IMG/VR virus record: IMGVR_UViG_3300012862_000036
Coordinates: 1 to 31,759 of that record
Strand: one strand, 5' to 3'
DNA: 31,759 nucleotides
DNA from: a virus
Lineage: Duplodnaviria > Caudoviricetes
Shown here: in pieces, positions 26,170 to 31,759 of the stretch
How positions within the stretch are numbered: position 1 is the first letter of the stretch
Layout of the letters: every line of letters starts with the position of its first letter
Notes under the pieces: model-generated
What the model saw: only the letters and a program-made list of their open reading frames with translations
Database searches by the model: none
Told to the model about the DNA's origin: nothing
Made by a program: the position numbers and the translations under genes

Positions 26170-27962
26170 TCCGCATCTGCACCGGCACGGTCACGATCGA
26201 CGCCGGGGAAACCATATTCACTCTCTGGGACGGCGATGACGATGTGGTGCTGTCCGAGATCACCGCGCCGGCAGGCTCTCCGGTCGTCATCGAGGGCATG
26301 TCCAACTTCATCAAGTCGCGGCTATCGAGCGTCTCGGCCGAGCTTATGCTGCCGCATGCGGGCCCGGGCGGCGCCGGGCTGGCCACGGCGATATCGGCGA
26401 TGACGCCGGCGGAAACACAGGTGGGCACTCTCAACGCTCGGGTTGCCACCGTGCTGCAGGGCCTTGCCGTCGTCGAGGCCAACGGCCTCGGGCTGGGCTA
26501 TCGCTTCGACAGTGCCACGGCCGACGCCGATCCGGGGCCGGGGCGCTTCCGTCTCAACCACGCCGACCCGACGCTGGCGACGATGATGTATGTCGACGAT
26601 ATCAGCGCCAGCGACTTTGCGGTGGGGCCACTGCTGGCGCGCTGGGGCATGGGCTCATCCCTGATCAAGGGCACGGTCAATCTCAGCAGCGCCGCCAATG
26701 ACGGCGACTTCGCCGGCTACGAGGTCATCGGTGCCGTGGCGGATGGCGGTGGCTATCGCAAGATCCCCATTGCTGCGATCGGCGCGCCCTCGGCCTGGGC
26801 TGACGGTGCTGAAATCATGATCTCCTTTGCGCCAAGGGGCGACGCCGGCGACGGCTACGAGATCGATGCCGAAGTGGCAGGGCCGCCAGACCTGTCGGCC
26901 CACGAGAATGAGGTGCTGGGCTATCGCGTCATGGTGCGGGACTTGGGCACCGACTTCGGCGCCTATGCCGGCCGCTCCGGCGTCGTGGCGCTGACTGCAG
27001 GACCCGCCTGGCAGGTGGTTGCAGTCTATACCGGCCCGAAAGGCGACAAGGGTGACCAAGGCAATCAGGGCTGGGCACCGCAGCTGGTGATCGTCGCCGA
27101 TGGCGCCCGGCGCGTCTGGAAACTGGCCGGCTATATTGGCGGCGATGGCATTCCGCCTACCGCCCATGTGGGCGAATTCCTCAAGGGCGACGGCACCTGG
27201 ACAGCGACGATCGCTCAAGCGGCCGACGTGCGCGGCCCCGGCGGCACCGGCACCGTGGGCGCGGTGGGTAACGGCGTGGGGATCGACGTCGATTCCTCTG
27301 ACCCCACCGAACCGGTTATTTCTCTCAGGCCGTTCGTTGGAGACGACGGGGACGGTGGCGAAGCGGGCGGCGTGCCTGCACCAGCGGCTGGCGATGCGGC
27401 CGCAAAGAAGTTTCTTTCTGCCGCAGGCGGCTGGGTCGCGGTCGATACAGCGCCGCTGCAAACCCAAATCACCGCGCTGCAGGAGGCGGTAACTGGCGGC
27501 TACTCGATGCTTCACGTCCGCGATGAGAGGGCGGTAAACGTCTCAGGAGGTGGCCCGGCAACCGCGGGTGGCAGCGCAAAGCGCGTCCTGAATACGGTGG
27601 TCCACAACGAGATTGAAGATGCTGCTCTTTCATCGAGCTCCATCCTGTTGCCTGCTGGCACCTACTATGTCGAGGCGACAGCGCCCGGATACTATTGCGG
27701 GAAGCACTTTCTCTGGTTGAGGTTCAATGGCGCAGCCTACGGTGCTGGCGTCGTCAGAGGGCCGACCGAATATGCTTTCCAGAACGGCGCGGACGGCGTG
27801 CAGACCACAGCGAGGCTGGCGGCGAAGTTTATCCTTGGCACCGACGCAACGGTCGACCTCATGCACATGATGAGCCTGGCAGGATCTTCCTCGAATTTGG
27901 GCAGCGCTTCAGGCTTTGCTCCTGAGGTTTATGCAGACCTCAAGGCGTGGAAACTTGCCTGA
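26166..27962 (+). CDS. Tail fibre protein
   Basis: N-terminal TGTVTI..G anchor, DADPGPG.FRLN domain, collagen-like GPKGDKGDQGNQG, G.VPAPAAGD..KFL motif, C-terminal beta domain (LPAGTYYV); GGAG RBS. Confidence 0.85.
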   Translation: MIRICTGTVTIDAGETIFTLWDGDDDVVLSEITAPAGSPVVIEGMSNFIKSRLSSVSAELMLPHAGPGGAGLATAISAMTPAETQVGTLNARVATVLQGLAVVEANGLGLGYRFDSATADADPGPGRFRLNHADPTLATMMYVDDISASDFAVGPLLARWGMGSSLIKGTVNLSSAANDGDFAGYEVIGAVADGGGYRKIPIAAIGAPSAWADGAEIMISFAPRGDAGDGYEIDAEVAGPPDLSAHENEVLGYRVMVRDLGTDFGAYAGRSGVVALTAGPAWQVVAVYTGPKGDKGDQGNQGWAPQLVIVADGARRVWKLAGYIGGDGIPPTAHVGEFLKGDGTWTATIAQAADVRGPGGTGTVGAVGNGVGIDVDSSDPTEPVISLRPFVGDDGDGGEAGGVPAPAAGDAAAKKFLSAAGGWVAVDTAPLQTQITALQEAVTGGYSMLHVRDERAVNVSGGGPATAGGSAKRVLNTVVHNEIEDAALSSSSILLPAGTYYVEATAPGYYCGKHFLWLRFNGAAYGAGVVRGPTEYAFQNGADGVQTTARLAAKFILGTDATVDLMHMMSLAGSSSNLGSASGFAPEVYADLKAWKLA

Positions 27963-28030
27963 CCTGGTCGAGATGATAGGACGGCGTCCACTTCTGCCAG
28001 GAGCCTCTGCTGACCGAAGTTAGGTGAGTG

Positions 28031-28264
28031 TTACACCTTCGACCGTCGCCACCCAGCGGCACGAGCTTCCTGCTCACTGCAGAACCACCGTTCACCGTGC
28101 GAGGCGCTAATTTGGGTCTCTGCGTAATACTTCTGCCCTGGAACGTGGTAGATTTTCTCGCCGCGTGTGTTGAAGTTACCCTTGATGACGCACCCATTGG
28201 ACTGAGCGGCCGCTGGGACAACAGCCAGGATGAGTAGCGCGACGGCAATCTGTCTTCTGATCAT
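28031..28264 (-). CDS. Small exported protein with an ExoI/thermonuclease-C-terminal-like domain
   Basis: Signal peptide (MIRRQIAVALLILAVVPAAA), then CVIKGN....GEKIYHVPGQKYY..T.I....GERWFCSE.EA.AAGWR; GGGAG RBS. Confidence 0.8.
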   Translation of the reverse strand: MIRRQIAVALLILAVVPAAAQSNGCVIKGNFNTRGEKIYHVPGQKYYAETQISASHGERWFCSEQEARAAGWRRSKV

Positions 28265-28314
28265 TCGGTCTCCCGTCGAGTGGGTGCAGATTGGAACTGC
28301 ACCCATTAGCTTGT

Positions 28315-28668
28315 TTATGACGGCTGCGAAGTCCGGCAGTTCTTGGTGATGATCGTCTTATCGACGGCAGTCATTTGCCCCTTTAGGCTGGCGACTTCCG
28401 AGGCGACATTGCCGCCCGACAGGCTAGAAGTCGGCATGCCAATGAGGAAAACGCCCCAAGCGTCGCCAGTACGAGCGTCATTCTGTGCTTTCGCTGTCAC
28501 CGCGTAAGCCTGCTCGAGACGGGCGCGCTCTTCGCCAAGCTGCTGACACGTGTAGCTCTGATACGGCACCTCCGACACATAGGATGGAGCGATTGACTCT
28601 GGTGCTTTTGCGCATGCGGCAAGTGACAGCATGGCCAACGAGGCCATAGCGGCAGTTTTATAGATCAT
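28315..28668 (-). CDS. Putative lipoprotein (moron)
   Basis: Lipobox LAAC after a hydrophobic leader; Y..YTC.QL..E, GVFLIGMP.SSLSG, VASLKG; GGGGGA RBS. Confidence 0.8.
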   Translation of the reverse strand: MIYKTAAMASLAMLSLAACAKAPESIAPSYVSEVPYQSYTCQQLGEERARLEQAYAVTAKAQNDARTGDAWGVFLIGMPTSSLSGGNVASEVASLKGQMTAVDKTIITKNCRTSQPS

Positions 28669-28747
28669 GATTTCCCCCAAACTTATGGTGTTAGCGAAAT
28701 ATTAACGAAGGTCCAGAGTCAAGCGTCACCAGTATCGCATTGTTAAT

Positions 28748-28774
28748 ACCCCGCTTCGGCGGGGTTTTCTTTTT
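28748..28774 (+). terminator. Intrinsic terminator upstream of the lysis genes
   Basis: ACCCCGC-TTCG-GCGGGGT followed by TTTCTTTTT. Confidence 0.75.
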
Positions 28775-28795
28775 CCAACATCAATGGAGGCTGAA

Positions 28796-29569
28796 ATGGC
28801 CAAGACCACGCTGCTAAAGCGGGGATCGCACGGTGCTGCCGTGCGCGCCCTGCAGGAACTGATCAATCACGCCGCTGGTGCGGCGCTCGTCAATGTGGAT
28901 GGCGACTTCGGCTCGGAGACCGAGGGTGCCGTCAAGGCGGCTCAGAGGCGCCTTGGCCTTGTCGTCGACGGAAAGGCTGGCCCGCAGACGCAAAAGGCGC
29001 TCAAGGCCGAAGCCGAGCCGATCAAACCGGGCAGGGCGGAGCCGGACAAGTCGGCAATGGATGCCGCGCCGGCGCCGGCTGCCCAGCCCTCAAGTGCCCA
29101 GGCCTGTCCTCCGCCCAATGACGACAGCTTGGTGCTGCTCGACACGGCCCGGCCGATTTCGGAAATCATCTTTCATTGCACGGCAACGCCCGAGGGCAAG
29201 GATTTCACGGTCGCCGACATTCGCGCCTGGCACAAGGCGCGCGGCTGGACCGATATTGGCTACCACTATGTCATCTACCGGGACGGCCGAATCATGCTCG
29301 GCCGGCCGGTCGGGCAGGTCGGCAGCCATGTCGCAGGCCACAATACCGGGACCATCGGGGTGGCCTATGTCGGCGGTGTCTCGACCGATGGCAAGACAGC
29401 CATGGACACGCGCACCGAGGCCCAGCGCCGGTCGATGCTGTATCTGCGCAATTCGCTGATGGCCCGCCACAAGGGCATCCGCAAGCTTTCCGGCCACAAT
29501 GAATATGCCGCCAAGGCATGCCCGTCCTTCGACGTGCGCCGAGACGATCTCGGCCGCGTCGCTGCCTAG
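28796..29569 (+). CDS. Endolysin: peptidoglycan-binding domain plus T7-lysozyme-type N-acetylmuramoyl-L-alanine amidase
   Basis: LKRGS.G..V..LQ...DGDFG..T..AV...Q...GL.VDG.AGP.T; IIFHCTAT, GW.DIGYHYVI, GSHVAGHN, GHNEYAAKACPSFDV; GGAGG RBS. Confidence 0.93.
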   Translation: MAKTTLLKRGSHGAAVRALQELINHAAGAALVNVDGDFGSETEGAVKAAQRRLGLVVDGKAGPQTQKALKAEAEPIKPGRAEPDKSAMDAAPAPAAQPSSAQACPPPNDDSLVLLDTARPISEIIFHCTATPEGKDFTVADIRAWHKARGWTDIGYHYVIYRDGRIMLGRPVGQVGSHVAGHNTGTIGVAYVGGVSTDGKTAMDTRTEAQRRSMLYLRNSLMARHKGIRKLSGHNEYAAKACPSFDVRRDDLGRVAA

Positions 29570-29600
29570 CCCTTCATCCAAACATCACAGGAGACTACCC

Positions 29601-30134
29601 ATGCGACTGCTCAAGCAGGCGGCGATCGTTGCCGCCCTCATGTTCGGCCTGGCCATCACGGCCGTGGCTATTGCCCCCGTGGCCGCCTTCGCCCAGGACG
29701 TGACGGTCGGCGCTATTCCGGAGGCCAGTTTCACCCAGCAGCTGCTGGCCGCCATCCTGCCGGCCCTTGGCTTGGTCATCACAGCCCTGCTGACCTGGGC
29801 GGCCAATGAGCTGCACAAGCGTACGGGGATCGAGATCGAGGCCAAACACCGGGCGGCGCTCCAGTCTGCGCTGATGAACGGCATTCTGTTTGCCCTTCAG
29901 AAGTCGGGCTGGGTCTCGGGCCAGCCGATCACACCAACGATCATGGCCACGGCGCGCAGCTATGTCGAAAGCTCGGTGCCCGATGCGCTCCGCAAATTCG
30001 ATATCGATCCCGCAGCCGCTGCAGGCCAGGCCATTCTCGACCGACTGCTGACGCCCAAGCTGCCGGTGGCCCTCGGCACGGTCATGCCGAACGGTGACAC
30101 GCTGGTCGGGCCAGCATTCCCGCCTCGGCGCTGA
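29601..30134 (+). CDS. Lysis-cassette membrane protein (holin candidate)
   Basis: GGAG RBS; two hydrophobic segments; directly follows the endolysin. Confidence 0.65.
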   Translation: MRLLKQAAIVAALMFGLAITAVAIAPVAAFAQDVTVGAIPEASFTQQLLAAILPALGLVITALLTWAANELHKRTGIEIEAKHRAALQSALMNGILFALQKSGWVSGQPITPTIMATARSYVESSVPDALRKFDIDPAAAAGQAILDRLLTPKLPVALGTVMPNGDTLVGPAFPPRR

Positions 30135-30142
30135 ATTAAACC

Positions 30143-30166
30143 GACCGGCGCTTCTGGGCGCCGGTC
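30143..30166 (+). terminator. Intergenic stem-loop
   Basis: GACCGGCGC-ttctgg-GCGCCGGTC followed by TCTCTT. Confidence 0.45.
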
Positions 30167-30193
30167 TCTCTTACCTGGCGCAATGAGGAAACA

Positions 30194-30547
30194 ATGTCGG
30201 GCACCGTGACTTGGGAAACGTTGATCTGGATCGGTGGCCTATTGCTGACGTCCCTTGCGCTATGGTGGCGCGTGACGAGCTGGGTGCTGGCGGAATTCAA
30301 AAAGAGAGATGACAAGCTGGCCGAGCTCGAACGCGAAGCCGGTGTCAAAATCGCCGCCACAGATGCCCGGGCAAGGGTGGCCGAAGATGAACTGCGCCGG
30401 TCAATCGAGGCACACAAGCTCTACGCCGCCGAGACCTTCGCCACCGAAGGCGGACTAACCCAGGCAGTCAATCGCGTCGATGATGCCGTGAAGCGTCTGA
30501 CCGACCGCATCGATCGCTATTTCGAGCCCAAGGGTGGGGAAAGCTAG
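30194..30547 (+). CDS. Single-TM coiled-coil protein of the lysis region
   Basis: GAGG RBS; N-terminal TM; HKLYAAETFAT..G......V..L..RID C-terminus. Confidence 0.75.
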   Translation: MSGTVTWETLIWIGGLLLTSLALWWRVTSWVLAEFKKRDDKLAELEREAGVKIAATDARARVAEDELRRSIEAHKLYAAETFATEGGLTQAVNRVDDAVKRLTDRIDRYFEPKGGES

Positions 30548-30555
30548 AGGCTCTT

Positions 30556-30570
30556 GTTCCCATTCTGTTC
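30556..30570 (+). promoter_or_regulatory. Alphaproteobacterial LexA (SOS) box
   Basis: GTTC-CCATTCT-GTTC is a perfect GTTC-N7-GTTC, intergenic, 42 nt before ATG 30613. Confidence 0.75.
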
Positions 30571-30612
30571 ACGGTGTAGGAGTCGGAACCTTGCCACATG
30601 CGAGGTGACGAA

Positions 30613-30762
30613 ATGTCCATTGCCATCAAGCTCTCGCCAGCTGCCCATATTCGGCGCCTCGCCGAATTGGGTCTCGATGCGGACGACATCAAGACGCTGA
30701 CCGACTACAGCGCTGCAGAGATCAAGCGTGCCCTCACTGCCAAGAGGCCGCTGAAGAAATGA
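30613..30762 (+). CDS. 49-aa HTH-like protein (not in the ORF track)
   Basis: GAGGTG RBS; MSIAIKLSPAAHIRRLAELGLDADDIKTLTDYSAAEIKRALTAKRPLKK; ATGA overlap with the next gene. Confidence 0.65.
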   Translation: MSIAIKLSPAAHIRRLAELGLDADDIKTLTDYSAAEIKRALTAKRPLKK

Positions 30763-31085
30763 GCATGACGCCTAGTCGCCGGACCATCGAGGCGATGACT
30801 TTGGGCGGCCTGGCATCGGACAATCGCACCATGATTGTTCGCTGTCCGCCTTGCCGACAAACGCGCGTGTTCCTGTCGGTCGATCTCGTGCAGGTCTACG
30901 GCGCGGGGCGAAGCCCTCACGGGCTGTTTTCCTCCTGTTCGAAATGCGGTGGCCACCTATGGACGGGATTTGGCTTCCCGCACCGTGGCGAGAAAATATT
31001 CCGACCCGTCGAGCTGACGCGCATCAGCTGGGAGGAATCAATTTACGACCCTGATGTGCCCCTCTTCGGGCAGGACCCCGGCTAA
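30759..31085 (+). CDS. Small zinc-ribbon protein
   Basis: CPPC...DL...YG...CSKCG; ATGA-coupled to the 49-aa ORF. Confidence 0.7.
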   Translation: MSMTPSRRTIEAMTLGGLASDNRTMIVRCPPCRQTRVFLSVDLVQVYGAGRSPHGLFSSCSKCGGHLWTGFGFPHRGEKIFRPVELTRISWEESIYDPDVPLFGQDPG

Positions 31086-31759
31086 AGCGAGTTGAGCAGC
31101 GGCTTCTTGGTGTCGGTGCCTTCATAGCGGCTGTTGTTTACGGCCCGGCTGACGCGATGATACTCGAGCTGGCTGTCAATCTGGGCGTCGAGCAGAAGCG
31201 CTTTGGCATCAGCGCCCTGAATGTCGGTGTTCAACCAGGTGCCATACGCTTCAGGCGCAAGGATGATCGGCATGCGGGTATGGATATGCGCGATCTCCGG
31301 CACGGCCGGCGCCGTGATGATGGTGCAGCTCGTCACGCCCAGATTGTCATTGTGTGCCCAAATGCCGGCAAAGCTGAAGGGAGCGCCGTCGGGCAGCTGC
31401 AGAAGCCATGGGTCTTTGCCTCCATCCTCGGTGTTCTTAACCCACTCGAAGTAGCCATCGGCCGGGATCAGGCAGCGACGGGACTTGAATCCTTCGCGGA
31501 ATGCACCTGAGGTATCGACGGTCTCGATCCGGGCATTGAACATGGCGGCCTTCGGCAACTCCTTGGCGAAGAATGGCACCAGCCACCACCGACCGCGATC
31601 CATCTCCATATTCCCGGCCTTGTCCAGATGAACGAAGTCCACGTCCTGGGTCGGGGCGATATTGAAGCGAGGGGGCAGGTTCGTCGCCGGCCGCTCATGG
31701 ATGCTATAGAGCGCGTGTATCTGCGACCAGGTCAGCTCGTTCGTGAATCGTCCGCACAT
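31082..31759 (-). CDS. SOS response-associated peptidase (SRAP/YedK/HMCES family) abasic-site crosslinking protein
   Basis: N-terminal MCGRF, RFNIAPTQ, FNARIET, RRCLIPADGYFEW, IHTRMPIIL, VSRAVN. Confidence 0.95.
   Translation of the reverse strand: MCGRFTNELTWSQIHALYSIHERPATNLPPRFNIAPTQDVDFVHLDKAGNMEMDRGRWWLVPFFAKELPKAAMFNARIETVDTSGAFREGFKSRRCLIPADGYFEWVKNTEDGGKDPWLLQLPDGAPFSFAGIWAHNDNLGVTSCTIITAPAVPEIAHIHTRMPIILAPEAYGTWLNTDIQGADAKALLLDAQIDSQLEYHRVSRAVNNSRYEGTDTKKPLLNSL

Larger units (their letters stand above)
1..31759. mobile_element. HK97/lambda-like siphophage or prophage region (replication, packaging, head, tail, lysis); both ends lie outside the window or are not recognisable
   Basis: Contiguous, mostly + strand, overlapping-stop/start cluster: primase, helicase, HNH, TerS, TerL, portal, ClpP, capsid, tail, endolysin. 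No host housekeeping genes seen. Confidence 0.95.

Noticed and set aside
27033-27071. Gly-X-Y repeats in the tail fibre
   Set aside because: A short collagen-like hinge is ordinary in phage fibres.
25560-27962. Diversity-generating retroelement or invertible host-range switch
   Set aside because: No reverse transcriptase or invertase, and I saw no template/variable repeat pair or inverted crossover sites.
30548-31759. Prophage attachment site
   Set aside because: No tRNA fragment, integrase or second core copy in the window; the boundary cannot be placed.

Overview
This window is the replication-to-lysis part of a GC-rich, HK97/lambda-like temperate siphophage, probably a prophage. The host is inferred to be alphaproteobacterial (Hyphomicrobiales-like) from the protein families and a perfect GTTC-N7-GTTC SOS box. 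Gene order: early hypotheticals (one ending in a class II ribonucleotide-reductase-type zinc finger, one ASCH-like); Zn-finger/Toprim primase; an antisense membrane-protein insertion; D5/P4-type helicase; an iteron-rich putative origin; a candidate late regulator with a promoter and hairpin; HNH, cos candidate, TerS, TerL, portal, ClpP protease and HK97 capsid; head-tail joining genes; tail tube; chaperone with a -1 frameshift; tape measure; tail tip genes interrupted by an accessory fibre-like cassette; tail fibre; two reverse-strand exported-protein morons; amidase endolysin and two membrane proteins; a LexA-box-controlled two-gene operon converging on a SRAP gene. No integrase, repressor, att site, tRNA or CRISPR is visible. 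All product calls come from motif recognition and synteny, not from database searches.
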